64,000 bases of DNA from Scenedesmus sp. PABB004 (Eukaryota). A program made the position numbers and the translations under genes. Below, one piece after another: positions 12,901 through 23,401 of the stretch; positions within the stretch are counted from its first letter, which is position 1; each line of letters starts with the position of its first letter. The notes beneath the pieces were generated by a model, which ran no database searches, had not been told where the DNA came from, and saw only the letters and a list, made by a program, of their open reading frames with translations. The DNA lies in contig JABVCE010000014.1 in the NCBI GenBank assembly GCA_014905635.1, positions 868,001 to 932,000 on the forward strand, read 5' to 3'.

Positions 12901-12974
12901 AGCTGCGGCGACTCGTCCAGCCCGATGAGCGAGACCTGCTGCAGCGCCTCCAGGCAGCCCCAGTCACCAGCCAT
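6933..12974 (-). CDS. Large protein with low-complexity Ser/Pro/Ala N-terminal half and long coiled-coil C-terminal half; function unknown
   Basis: ATG 12974 (MAGDWGCLEALQQVSLIGLDESPQLL). Introns near 12824-12692, 10229-10082, 9297-9175 and 7304-7203. Extended heptad E/A/L/Q/R-rich region ends ...KNKRLKRSLAALQGGRAG*. Confidence 0.65.
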   Translation of the reverse strand: MAGDWGCLEALQQVSLIGLDESPQLLRESVLRRAGDGGMLLWDAAADCGEVSPGWLAAPGWKHQAAGSIRQLAAPAPRAGQADPAPRPPPPAPQAAASRAAGLRAGFAPAGCLAHAVAGCAPAARAGTAGPTCGAPPLSESPAIAGKQAPRSRARRKAPGGENDEPATGAGGQALDDSDASCRSALGGAPAQQQPAARGPARGEAAPPRGGGDGGLSALQALLDDSCASAASWAPCGGGFARPPALDLSGELSAALGRRRSAGDACSGRGPARAARGSWECDAGGVSPASALSASGGSDATGFKGFWPAASPARRSAAASPGAGGAAGRASLLTPPPGARAQPGAETRPPAPGQGCWDDLLLLLSLDESVSLAQAAAAQACDLGGQAAAAELGGQAAAAERQTSPAPVCASDEERRAPSADDPASPVARTPAAPSRITDADAAFATPQTAPLTGVSRYGSSSRDADTGGWPVSPGSLGDCGSPSVLLSSPVLAGASPSPTRRSPAAAATPAASPVAASPVAAASPATASPVAAASPAAASPAAAAAAPAAASPAPAATPAAAQPAAAACAGGTVPAQGLGGNAFALSPIRGLWAEEDVEPAGDALGVAAAAAVAASPASVPLSRHAPARPPGHDEPQLRAFAVGASPGAAGSPRVDWGQQEAVLASLLDESADSPLGGALLRQQPSPASGAGAQRHAPRRPQEEGPTGGGGGASPRASCASPLAGLLHQQQAHGSPPPSPAGSVDSFCVAAAGAPYACGTPQATPPAGRTGAGAGAQGLRRSKSWCAFEGLEAMLTPGAAAPPATVACKDGWGAGRRRSDPGRAAGGSPAAPAAPGDAAGTSPGSSDARRRRGGEASPSVAGFVLRRGGASPRRGGDGAAGGPVAFDNPVAMPDLLERLAAAELRCTRQQAEVVQVRRAPLRRQGRPRAQGPAPRAPRGPLTPCCPACPACATPARASARVPRRRSRRPQKRSWSCSCCARRSPAARRRAAARWTPWAPPWTSCCLAARPQTAAPACAPRSSCSLPRSRSCRRRPRRPRASAAPAPAAATSWTRCGSRMRRCGQARPRRPRSWRACRRAARRPMRTGRRSWTSSRRSTRRRWDSSTSACAARPRRRRPPGPRRRRPTRARPRRPSSWTRRGARSRRRRRARRASSARRRGCAPRWRARPPTRRPTRSSCGCRWASCSRPSGSWRAPTSACSTRRRATWTARARWARATRSSPPSSRCVGGGARVGGEGGASRAVVQAPWEPPRPTAPGAPPPTARAQDALAARAALEERAAALAAQSASLSAMVAAAKGGDCPAASTATSAGPAASDACSGPTPMRRRMAAVNAQLERRCQELLEQKQQLAAQLEELRAGAGASPRPAGGAAARAGAGPNAVQAGQAQQAALLAELQAQMGHLSAANDELLAAVHELDADNSVLSAERAELAARVAELEAAAAAAVPLQAEPQAEPQAEPQAAASDSMSAAAAAAELAASRARCSELEAALAAAQAAQAWPAAPAPAADAQQAPAAPLVTELQARLAGALGELEEQQALTQLLQDQAAQQLAAAEGAREAAERDAAEMADQNRGLVDKLVALQLPGPAGDSDARADARRGDQAPAAAGAERTPQRAQRRRWASDAAVQAELCAAAAPPEAGAAAQQQALLLAAQEQLQEMEAQNQQAAERLQDSKRRMAELQAGMAAQDAALAAAGAQLARAQAAHTAQAGALRAELAALGGENAALGEALRDARAQLAAAQEARAALGSRLEAAAAELEQRGAALSASSAEVERLTHQAHLDRLQIAAAAAELTQAREHAQQLLAGRDAERGALAGLQARLAELAHEGAAAEARAAAAAAEAAAAAAGAAAAAAAREEELKAELGRARAQAGKALREKEALAAELAQAKVCGGRAARLPGLGRLAAWRRCARSRPLTAPRPPQVALDSLEDSVRRLGHLNAALAAQLQDAQGPGAAARPREAGAAGGEAAAGGGGAVSPRTLQAIIAAATRVNEKNKRLKRSLAALQGGRAG

Positions 12975-13481
12975 GGCGCCCGCCTGCGGGGCGGGCGGCG
13001 CGGCGGTTGCCGCCACAGCGGCGCGCGCGCCGCGCCGCGGCGCCTGCCGGCCGGGCCGCGCCACCGGGTGCGCTGCAGGCGCAGGGCCTGGCGCTGTCAG
13101 GGCGCCCGCACGCGACGGCGGTCTCGTCGCGAGCGCTCGGGGCCGGCTGGCAGAGCTGGTCGGCGCTCAACAATGCACACCTGCCTCGGGCTCTCCCGGT
13201 CTGGGCACTACGCGCCGTGCCAGCGCATCGCAGAGTCGAGTGTGGGCTGCAACGGAGCGTCCCGTGAGCAACCGCTGGGCCCGCTGGCGTGCGGGGAAGC
13301 GGCCGCGGCAGCTCGAGGTGCAGTTGCGCGAGCCAGCGAGCGAGCGGTGAAGGCCCGGCGACGCGCCCGAGCACGCCCGTGATCTGTGGGCACGCGGCGG
13401 GCGGGCGCGGCGCGCCGGCGGTTCACGGGCGCCGCCGACAGCTGCTCGCGCTTTTGCGCCATCGACGGCAAGGGCCGTCGA

Positions 13482-13486
13482 TTACA
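13482..13486 (-). promoter_or_regulatory. TGTAA polyadenylation signal of PAN gene copy 1 (copy 2 at 15881-15885)
   Basis: TTACA on + strand ~165 nt downstream of the stop; TGTAA is the established chlorophyte poly(A) signal. Confidence 0.55.
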
Positions 13487-13648
13487 TGCACTGCGCTAGC
13501 TCGCACTACTCAAAAATTCGGCCGCCAGCGCGCCCTCCGCCGGCCGCGCCGCCGCGGGCGCGCGAGAGCGTCCCGCGCGCAGCGCGGCCGCCAGCGCGCC
13601 GACAGCCCGACAGCCCGACCTGTCGCTGCGGGTCCGCTTGGCTCGCGC

Positions 13649-14574
13649 TCACTCGCGCGTGAACGCGACCCAGCCGCGCTTGCCGGCCAGGCTGCCCGCG
13701 GCCTTGAGGTAGCCGCACTTGCCGGCAACGTCCCAGGTGAACGCGACGCAGCGCCCGCGCGACGCGCACGCGCTCTTGACCGCGTCGAGGCTGCCGCAGA
13801 CCTTGCAGAACGACGCGCCGTTGCAGGCGATCTGCGGCGCGCGGGTGCGGGCGCGGCATGCGCGGGCGCGGGCGCGGCGCGCGCGGAGCGCGCTGGGCGC
13901 GCTGGGCGTGCGGCCCTGCTGCGGCGTGTCTGGCCGGGTGCAGGGTGCGGCGGCGCGGCGGCGCGCGGCGCGGCGGCGCGCGGCGCGGGCGTGCGGGCGC
14001 ACGTCGTTGCCGGGGATGTCCATGTCGCTCTTGGGCTTGAGCTCGACGGTCATCTGCGGCGGCAGTGGCGGTGCTGGGCGGGGCGTGTCGCGCGGCGTGC
14101 GGAGGTGCCCGGCGCGCGGCGGGGGCGCCTCCGCCGCGGTGCGCACCGACACGGGCGCAAACGCGGGCGTGCTGCCGCCGCCGCCGCCGGACACGGAGGG
14201 GCCCTCGCAGCGGCACTCGTTGTTGGTGGGCGGGCCCTGGAAGTTGCTCTGGACGAGCACGTCGTACGCGACCGCCGCATCCTGGCACGTGCGCACGCGG
14301 CGCCAGCTCACGGGCGTGCTGCCCCAGAAGCATTTGGCGTCGGCGCCGTAGTCATGCTTGCAGCAGTCCACCTTAGCGTACTCTGCACGGGCGGGGAGGG
14401 GGGGGGTCCAGCAGCGGGCAGCAGCTGCCCTGCCCGCCGCCCCGCGGCCGCTCGGCCCCGCGGCCGCCGCGCCGCACCGTAGTAGGCGACACACTTCGTG
14501 CTGGGGCAGCTGGAGCGCTGCGCCGCAGCCGCGCCGAGCGCGAGCGCGAGCGCGAGGAGGGCCCGCGCGAGCAT
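13649..14574 (-). CDS. Small secreted Cys-rich protein with C-terminal PAN/Apple-like domain, copy 1
   Basis: Signal peptide MLARALLALALALGAAAAQ. Spliced product ends MDIPGND|IACNGASFCKVCGSLDAVKSACASRGRCVAFTWDVAGKCGYLKAAGSLAGKRGWVAFTRE*, matching the PAN pattern D.PGND..C..C...C.AFT....C.LK. Confidence 0.75.
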
Positions 14575-16047
14575 CGTCTCTCGTGCTGCCTGCCTGGGCG
14601 TACTTAAGGACTGCTGCGGGGGCGAATAGACGCGTGAACTAGAGTGGACGCAATGGAACAGGCGTCGCGGTGATCGCTGAAGGCGCAGGGGAGAGCGGAC
14701 TGGGCCGGAAGATGCGCAGTGTCGGAAGCGGCGCAGGTGTTGCGACACGCGCAACAGTGCCGGCTTGCGCGCGGAGCAGAGAGCAGATGACGCCGTGGCC
14801 GCACGCGCTGCGGCCGCCCGCGCCGCGTTCGCCCGCGCCCGCCGGGTGACGCCGGCGCGCTGCTCTCACCGCGCGCTGCGCCGGCACTGATCGGCCGATC
14901 GCTGGGGCGAAAGCTCGTGCTCGCCCTTGCTGACGGTTCCTCGCGGGCAAGCGATCGCAGCGGGCGTCGCTGAGCTCCGGCGCCGGTTGCCGCCGCGCGC
15001 GTTGCGCCCGTCTCCCTCCGCCGCCGCCGCCGCGTTCTTCGCCTCCAAAACTGAGCAACGCACGGGCGTTCGTCGTCGTCGCGCAGCCAGCCAGCCTGCA
15101 AGCAAAAAATTCCGTCGCCGCGGCGCCCCCGCGCCCGGGGCGCGCGCGGCCGGCCCGGCCCGTCAACGGGCAAAGCGTGGTCAGCGGGCAAAAGCGTGCG
15201 GTGAGAGGTCACGGGCGCGCCCCTTGCGTCCGTCCGTCCGTCGTCGTCGACGGCCCAACTGGAGGCGGCCGGCGCTGCGCAGCAGCCGCCGGCCTGCTCC
15301 ACGTGCGTTGTGAGCGCGCGCGCGCGCGCGGCCGCGCGGTCCGGCGACCCCCAGGCCGGCGCCGCCGAGCGCGCCGCGCGCGCGCCCCTCCCCCGCGCAG
15401 CGGCGGGCCCGCGCGGTCCCAGGCGCGGGCACTCGCTGCCCGGCGGAGCACACGGCGACCGATCCGTTCGCACGCGCGGGACAAACACACGCACACTCGC
15501 GGCACACACGCTGTCAAGTCGGGGCACCCTGGCGTCTGTCAGCAAACCACGCGCGCGACCACACGACCTACTCTAGACGTCTGTCTGCCCTCTCCCGGTC
15601 TGGGCACTACGCGCCGTGCCAGCGCATCGCAGAGTCGAGTGTGGGCTGCAACGGAGCGTCCCGTGAGCAACCGCTGGGCCCGCTGGCGTGCGGGGAAGCG
15701 GCCGCGGCAGCTCGAGGTGCAGTTGCGCGAGCCAGCGAGCGAGCGGTGAAGGCCCGGCGACGCGCCCGAGCACGCCCGTGATCTGTGGGCACGCGGCGGG
15801 CGGGCGCGGCGCGCCGGCGGTTCACGGGCGCCGCCGACAGCTGCTCGCGCTTTTGCGCCATCGACGGCAAGGGCCGTCGATTACATGCACTGCGCTAGCT
15901 CGCACTACTCAAAAATTCGGCCGCCAGCGCGCCCTCCGCCGGCCGCGCCGCCGCGGGCGCGCGAGAGCGTCCCGCGCGCAGCGCGGCCGCCAGCGCGCCG
16001 ACAGCCCGACAGCCCGACCTGTCGCTGCGGGTCCGCTTGGCTCGCGC

Positions 16048-16973
16048 TCACTCGCGCGTGAACGCGACCCAGCCGCGCTTGCCGGCCAGGCTGCCCGCGG
16101 CCTTGAGGTAGCCGCACTTGCCGGCAACGTCCCAGGTGAACGCGACGCAGCGCCCGCGCGACGCGCACGCGCTCTTGACCGCGTCGAGGCTGCCGCAGAC
16201 CTTGCAGAACGACGCGCCGTTGCAGGCGATCTGCGGCGCGCGGGTGCGGGCGCGGCATGCGCGGGCGCGGGCGCGGCGCGCGCGGAGCGCGCTGGGCGCG
16301 CTGGGCGTGCGGCCCTGCTGCGGCGTGTCTGGCCGGGTGCAGGGTGCGGCGGCGCGGCGGCGCGCGGCGCGGCGGCGCGCGGCGCGGGCGTGCGGGCGCA
16401 CGTCGTTGCCGGGGATGTCCATGTCGCTCTTGGGCTTGAGCTCGACGGTCATCTGCGGCGGCAGTGGCGGTGCTGGGCGGGGCGTGTCGCGCGGCGTGCG
16501 GAGGTGCCCGGCGCGCGGCGGGGGCGCCTCCGCCGCGGTGCGCACCGACACGGGCGCAAACGCGGGCGTGCTGCCGCCGCCGCCGCCGGACACGGAGGGG
16601 CCCTCGCAGCGGCACTCGGTGTTGGTGGGCGGGCCCTGGAAGTTGCTCTGGACGAGCACGTCGTACGCGACCGCCGCATCCTGGCACGTGCGCACGCGGC
16701 GCCAGCTCACGGGCGTGCTGCCCCAGAAGCATTTGGCGTCGGCGCCGTAGTCATGCTTGCAGCAGTCCACCTTAGCGTACTCTGCACGGGCGGGGAGGGG
16801 GGGGGTCCAGCAGCGGGCAGCAGCTGCCCTGCCCGCCGCCCCGCGGCCGCTCGGCCCCGCGGCCGCCGCGCCGCACCGTAGTAGGCGACACACTTCGTGC
16901 TGGGGCAGCTGGAGCGCTGCGCCGCAGCCGCGCCGAGCGCGAGCGCGAGCGCGAGGAGGGCCCGCGCGAGCAT
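16048..16973 (-). CDS. Small secreted Cys-rich PAN/Apple-like protein, copy 2
   Basis: Identical to copy 1 except PPTNNECRC -> PPTNTECRC. Confidence 0.75.
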
Positions 16974-18136
16974 CGTCTCTCGTGCTGCCTGCCTGGGCGT
17001 ACTTAAGGACTGCTGCGGGGGCGAATAGACGCGTGAACTAGAGTGGACGCAATGGAACAGGCGTCGCGGTGATCGCTGAAGGCGCAGGGGAGAGCGGACT
17101 GGGCCGGAAGATGCGCAGTGTCGGAAGCGGCGCAGGTGTTGCGACACGCGCAACAGTGCCGGCTTGCGCGCGGAGCAGAGAGCAGATGACGCCGTGGCCG
17201 CACGCGCTGCGGCCGCCCGCGCCGCGTTCGCCCGCGCCCGCCGGGTGACGCCGGCGCGCTGCTCTCACCGCGCGCTGCGCCGGCACTGATCGGCCGATCG
17301 CTGGGGCGAAAGCTCGTGCTCGCCCTTGCTGACGGTTCCTCGCGGGCAAGCGATCGCAGCGGGCGTCGCTGAGCTCCGGCGCCGGTTGCCGCCGCGCGCG
17401 TTGCGCCCGTCTCCCTCCGCCGCCGCCGCCGCGTTCTTCGCCTCCAAAACTGAGCAACGCACGGGCGTTCGTCGTCGTCGCGCAGCCAGCCAGCCTGCAA
17501 GCAAAAAATTCCGTCGCCGCGGCGCCCCCGCGCCCGGGGCGCGCGCGGCCGGCCCGGCCCGTCAACGGGCAAAGCGTGGTCAGCGGGCAAAAGCGTGCGG
17601 TGAGAGGTCACGGGCGCGCCCCTTGCGTCCGTCCGTCCGTCGTCGTCGACGGCCCAACTGGAGGCGGCCGGCGCTGCGCAGCAGCCGCCGGCCTGCTCCA
17701 CGTGCGTTGTGAGCGCGCGCGCGCGCGCGCGCCGCGCGCGGTCCGGCGACCCCCAGGCCGGCGCCGCCGAGCGCGCCGCGCGCGCGCCCCTCCCCCGCGC
17801 AGCGGCGGGCCCGCGCGGTCCCAGGCGCGGGCACTCGCTGCCCGGCGGAGCACACGGCGACCGATCCGTTCGCACGCGCGGGACAAACACACGCACACTC
17901 GCGGCACACACGCTGTCAAGTCGGGGCACCCTGGCGTCTGTCAGCAAACCACGCGCGCGACCACACGACCTACTCTAGACGTCTGTCTGCCCACTAACCA
18001 GGCATTGCCTGGCCCCCGCCCGCCTGGCACGCCCGGGCGCGGCGCGGGCGCCGCCGCCCCCCGCCCCTCCGCAGCCTGCCCATCGCAGGGCAGCGCGGGG
18101 CGCGACCGCCCCCAGCTGCTGCTGGTGCTGGTGCAC

Positions 18137-18173
<37 letters not shown>

Positions 18174-18217
18174 GCTGCTGCTGCTCCGGCCCGCGCGGCT
18201 GCGCGGCGCGCCGGGGC

Positions 18218-19388
18218 TCACAGCCCGGTGCCGTGCAGCCGCTGCAGCCCCGGCCAGCGCGCGGCGACGAGGCGGCTGGCGCTGACGCGGCCGATGACCC
18301 ACTGGCTGCGCGTGCTCACGTAGCCGAGCGCGCGGCCGACCGCGCGTTTGAGCGCTGCGGGCACGAGCCCCACGGGCAGGTTGTCCGGCCGCTCCTGCAG
18401 CAGCAGCACCTCGCCCGCCTCGTCGTCCCACACCAGCGTCACGCGCGTGCGCACGCGGATCTCCCTGCGCCGGCGGCGTGCGGCGCGGCCGCGCGGCAGC
18501 GGCGGCGTGAGCGGCGCGCAGCAGCCCCCTGCTGTGCCCCGGCCGCCACCCGCCGAGCTGCGCGCCGCCACTGCGCCCCCCCCCCCCCCCCCCCCCCCCC
18601 CCCCGCTGCGCAGCGCCCCGCCGCGGCGCGCCGCGCCGCGGCGCGCCGCACCGCGGCAGCAGGTTGAGTGTGAGCAGGCGCGGCAGCGACTTGGGCGTGA
18701 CGGTCGCGACGGCGTAGACGTGCGTGCGCGACATGCTTGCCGGCACGGCCGCGCGGCCGCTGCCGTTCTGCGCGGTGCCGTCAAACTGGTCGGCCGTCTG
18801 GTCGCTCGCCGCGCCGCGCGAGCGCCCGCGCGGCGCGACGTCGCTCACGCTGCCCAGGTGGTTGCCCGCGTGCTTGCCGCGCCCGAGGCGCGAGCGCGCG
18901 CCGCCGGCGGCGGCGGCCGCCGCGGCGGCCGCCGCGGTCGCGGCGGCGTTGCTCGCGCCCGCGCTCGGCGCCTTGGGCGGCTTGCCGCCGCCGGGGCGCC
19001 GCCGCCGGCTCGTCGCGGCGCTGGTGCAGGTGCTGCTGGTGCTGTCGGTGCTGGTGGTGCTGCTGGTGGGCGCGGTGGAGGTCGCGGTGTGGTGGTGCCC
19101 GTGCCCGCCGCCGCCCGCGCCCGGCACGGCGACCTCGACCATGTAGGGCTCGATGTCGATGTCCGCCACGAAGCGCTTGGCGTAGAACATGACCGCGCTG
19201 ATCGCCTCGCGCCCGCTGACGAACATCTGGGGCAGGTCCAGCTGCGCGTTGGGGGCGAAGAGCGCCATCACGCGCTGGTGGTCCGCCGGGCTGTCGGCGC
19301 CGTAAAAGTCGGCCACCAGCTGCAGCTCGTTGAGCACGTCCGTGGGCGCGTCCCGGGGGAGCATGACCAGGTTGCCCGGGCTCTCCAT
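18218..19388 (-). CDS. NTF2/SnoaL-like fold protein with internal low-complexity insertion (2 exons)
   Basis: LVADFYGADSPADHQRVMALFAPNAQLDLPQMFVSGREAISAVMFYAKRF resembles the SnoaL N-terminal half. After an intron (~18652-18465) it continues EIRVRTRVTLVWDDEAGEVLLLQERPDNLP...HGTGL*. Confidence 0.55.
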
Positions 19389-19864
19389 GGCGCGCCGCGA
19401 GGCCCGGGATGCGGGGGGCCCGCTCCCGGCCGCGCCGGGCCGCTGCCGCTGCTCGGCGGCCGCCCAGGCGCTCACCAAGTCTTGCCCAGCATGCCACGCC
19501 CCGCACGCCACGCCCCCGCGTCGAGGCGCCCCGCGCGGCTGCGGTGCAGCACCGGCCGCTGCTCGGCTCGGCCGCTGGCGGCGAGTGGGGGTCTCGGTTC
19601 ACTACCTCAGCGACGACTGGGAGCGGGACGGCGGCGCGCGGGGGCAGCAGGGCCCGCGATCGGGGCCTCCGCGCTGGCGCCCGTTGTGTTCTCGAGCGGG
19701 CGCCCCCGCACGTCGCTCTCCGCCGCCCATTCCCGGCCCGGTGCACGCTCCGCACCCAGTCACGACCGTCACCACCGCCGCGCCGCCTGCCGCCACCGCG
19801 CGCCGCCCCGCCGACCGCTGCCGCGCACCGCCCGCTGCGCGCCGCTGCCGCGCCGCCCGTGGCC

Positions 19865-22800
19865 ATGGCGGCGCCGCGGCCCTCGGCGCTCGTGACGGGC
19901 TCCGCCAGCGGCATCGGAGCGGCGCTGTGCGAGGAGCTGGCGCGGCGCGGCTACGCGCTCACCGTGCGTCGAGCGCCGCTGCTGCCTCCGCGGGCGCAGC
20001 GCGCGCCCCGTGCGCCCCCTCGCCACGCGACCGCCGCCGCCGCCCGCAGCTGGTGGACCTCGCGGCGGGCGCGCTGGAGGCGCAGCGCGCCGCGCTCACG
20101 GCGGCGCATGGCGTCCCGGCGCTCGCGGCCGCCGCCGATGTGCGCGACGACGGCGCGGTCGCCGCCGCGGTGCGGCGGCACGTCGAGCGGTGAGCGCGCG
20201 GCACTGAGCGCGGCGCCGGGCGCCAAACGCGTGCACGGCGCGGCGTCCCGACATCCCGCGCGCCACGCAGCTTTGGCGGGCTCGACCTGGCCGTGCTCAA
20301 CGCCGGCATCGGCGAGGCGGCTGACTTCCTGGACGCCGCGGTGCCCACGGCCAAGCTCGAGACGACGCTGCAGGCGCGCCGCGCGCGCGGGGCCAGCTGG
20401 GCACCGGCTCGCGGCGCTGCGCGGCCGGGCCGCGGCGCGACGCCCGCCGCCGCGGCGCCGCGGCCCCGCGCAGGTGGATCTCGCGGCAGTGATGAGCGGC
20501 ACGCGACACGCGGCGGCGGCGATGCTCGCGGGCGGGCGCGGCGGGCGCATCGTCGCGGTCGCCAGCGCGGCGGGTGACCACCGACGAGCTCTGCCGCGCG
20601 GCCCGCTGGGCGCCAGCGCCCGCCCAGCGCAGGCTGGCGGCTGACTACGGCGCCCGGTCAGCCCCTGACCGCCCGCGCCGCCGCCGGCCGCAGGCATTTT
20701 CCCCATGGCCGGCGCGCCCTACTACGCGGCGGCAAAGGCCGGCGTCGTGCACTTTGTGCGCTCGCTCGCGCCGCGCCTCGCGCCGGGCGGCGTGTCGCTC
20801 TCCGCGGTGTGCCCGCAGTACGTCGACACGCCGCTCGTGCGCAACATGCTGGCGCGGACGCCCGAGCTCGCGCGGCAGAGCATGGGCCCCCTCTATGGCC
20901 AGGTGCGGCGGCGCGGCGCGGCGCCGGGGCGTGCGCCGCCCGCCGCGGACGGGCGCCGCCGCTGCCTGCCGCTCAGCGCGCGCGCCCGCCGCCGCCGCGC
21001 CCGCGCCCGCGGCGGCAGCCGCTGCTGGCGCCGTCGCAGGTGGTGGACGTGGTGGCGTCGATCATGGCCCGCCCGCTGCCCGCCAGGGGCAGGGAGGTGC
21101 CGTTTCGAGAGGCGTACGCCGGCGCCGGCGTCGTGTGGCTGCTGCTGCAGAGCGGCGAGGTGGTGGACCCGTTTGCGGCGGCCACGCCGCAGGCCGCGCT
21201 CAAGAGCGCGCGCGTCGCGGGGGGCGTCGGCGGCGGCGGCGGGGGCCAGCAGCAGCAGAAGCAGCAGCAGCAGCAGAAGCAGCCGCCGCCGGCGCCGGTG
21301 AGCCCGCTCGCAGCGGCCAGCGCGGCGAGCATGGCGCGCTTCGGCGACGCGGCCGCGCTGGCCGCGTTTGCGGCGCAGCCGCTGCCGGCGACGTTTGCCA
21401 AGCTGCAGGTCGTCAAGCTCAGCAGCAACTTCAGGTGCGGCCGGCGGGGCATCGCGAGCATGCGGGTGCCGCCCGACGCGGGCCGCGCCGCCCGAGCCGC
21501 CGCGCCCCGCCGCCGCCACACCGCACCGCGCCGCGCCACGCCCGCAGGGAGGCGGTGCAGCAGGTGGACGCGCCGCTGCCGCGCGCCCCGGGCGCGCTGC
21601 CGCCGGGCCACGTGCTCGTGCGGCGGCTCTTTGTTGGTATCAACGCGAGCGACGTCAACTACACCTCCGGCCGGTGCGGCGCCGCGGCGCGGCGCGGCGC
21701 GGCGCGGCGCGGCGGTTGGTGCTGCGGCGCGGCACCGCGCGGCGGTGGGTGCTCCGGCTGGTGCGAGGCCCTCACCTGGCGGGCTGTGCCACCCTGCCGC
21801 GCAGGTACCACGGCAGTGCGGACGCCGCGGCGGCGGCGCTGCCGTACGACGCCGGCTTTGAGAGCGTCGGCGTGGTCGTCGCGGCCGCGCCCGACGCCGC
21901 GGGTGCGCGGCGCCGCCGCGGCGCCGCTGCGGCCGCCGCTGCCCCCGCCGCGCCGTGCGGCGCTCACCGCCGCCCCCGGTGCCGCGCCGCGCCGCGCGCA
22001 GGCGCGCTGCCGCCCGGCACGCCGGTCGCTGCAATGGAGGGCGGGTTCAGCGAGTATGGGCTGGTCGCGGCGCGCCGCGTGCTGCGCGTGCCGTCGGCGG
22101 CGCCCGAGGTCGTGGCACTGCTGACGAGCGGCCTGACCGCGTCCATCGCGCTGGAGGAGGTCGGCGGCCTGGCCCTGCCCGGCGGCGCCGCCGCTGCGGC
22201 CGGCGGCGGCGGTGGCGGCAAGCCGCGCGTCGTGGTCGTGACCGCCGCCGCGGGCGGCACCGGGCAGTTTGCGGTGCAGCTCGCCAAGGCCGCCGGCGCC
22301 GTCGTCGTCGCGACGTGCGGCGGGCCGGACAAGGCCGCGCTGCTGCGCCAGCTGGGCGCCGACCGCGTCATCGACCACAGGCGCGCCGGCCGGCGCGCGC
22401 GCGCGCGCGCGGGCCTGGCGCCCGCCGCCGCCGCCCGCCACGCGCGCCGCCCGCCCCGACCGCCCCTCACCGCTCCCTCCTGCCCGCACGCCCGTACGCA
22501 CGCACGCACGCGTACACGTGCAGGCGTGAGAGCCTCAAGGCGGTGCTCAAGGCTGAGTTCCCTGGCGGCGTGGACGTGGTGTACGAGGTGCGCGGCGGCG
22601 CGCGCGCCGGCCGAGCGGGCGCGCAGCTGCCGCTCGCGCGCTGCACGCGAGGGCCGGCTCGGCCCGCGCGCCCCGTGCCGCGCCGCGCGCCGCCGACCCC
22701 GCCGCCGCCGCCGCGCGCCACGCCGCGCCGCGCCGCGCAGTCGGTCGGCGGCGAGATGTTTGCGGCCTGCCTCGACGCGCTCGCGCCGCGCGGCCGCCTC

Positions 22801-23401
22801 ATCATCATAGGTCGCGCGGCGGCGCTGCACGCGCGCGCAGCGCGCGCCGCCGGCTGGCGCTGTCGGCGCTGCCGCGGGCCCTCGCCCAGCCCCCCCTCTC
22901 CAACCCACCCACCACACACACGCACACCTGCACGCAGGCATGATGTCGGCATACGCCTCCGGCTGGGCGCCGAGCGCGCTGCCGCGCGGCGTGCCGGAGA
23001 AGCTGCTGTGGAAGAGCGCAAGCGTGTGCGGCTTCTTCCTGCTGCGCTACGCGGGCCTCTGGGGGTGCGCGAGCCGCGCTGTGCACGCTGCGCGCGCTGT
23101 GCAAGGGACCGGGGCGCTGGCGCGGGCGCGGCGGGCGCGCGCCGCGCGCCGCGCTGAGACCCGCCCGCGCCGCGCGTGGCGCCGCCGCCGCCGCAGCGCG
23201 CACCTGGAGCGGCTGTGCGCGCTCGTGTCGGCGGGGCGGCTCGCCGTCACGCTCGACGGCGCCGCGGGCGGGCCGGCGTTTGTGGGCGTGCCGGACGTGC
23301 CCGACGCCGTGCAGCGCCTGCAGTCGGGAGCGAGCAGCGGCAAGGTGGTGGTGCAGCTCGCGCGCGAGCTGCCTGGCGGCGCCGCGGCGCCGCGGCTGTG
23401 A
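19865..23401 (+). CDS. Short-chain dehydrogenase + zinc-independent MDR (PTGR3/ZADH2-like quinone oxidoreductase) fusion, plant NQR/ARP-like; PTS1 -PRL
   Basis: SDR motifs ALVTGSASGIG, FGGLDLAVLNAGI and YAAAKAG. MDR motifs FVGINASDVNYTSG, AGFESVG, ALLTSGLTASIAL, VTAAAGGTGQFAVQLAK, GVDVVYESVGG and SGASSGKVVVQ. Ends GGAAAPRL*. Confidence 0.9.

Larger units (their letters stand above)
13191..17992. repeat. Near-perfect direct tandem duplication, unit ~2.4 kb (13191-15589 and 15590-17992)
   Basis: Sequence from ctctcccggtctgggcactacg to gtctgtctgccc is repeated with offset 2399. The only differences I saw are a SNP (14220 T vs 16619 G) and a length change in a (GC)n tract. Confidence 0.97.

Noticed and set aside
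13191..17992. Duplication as LTRs or a transposon
   Set aside because: The copies abut directly, with no internal RT/transposase, TG...CA ends, TIRs or TSD.
18138..18604. (CTG)n tract and long poly-C run
   Set aside because: Ordinary simple repeats in a 3' UTR and an intron.
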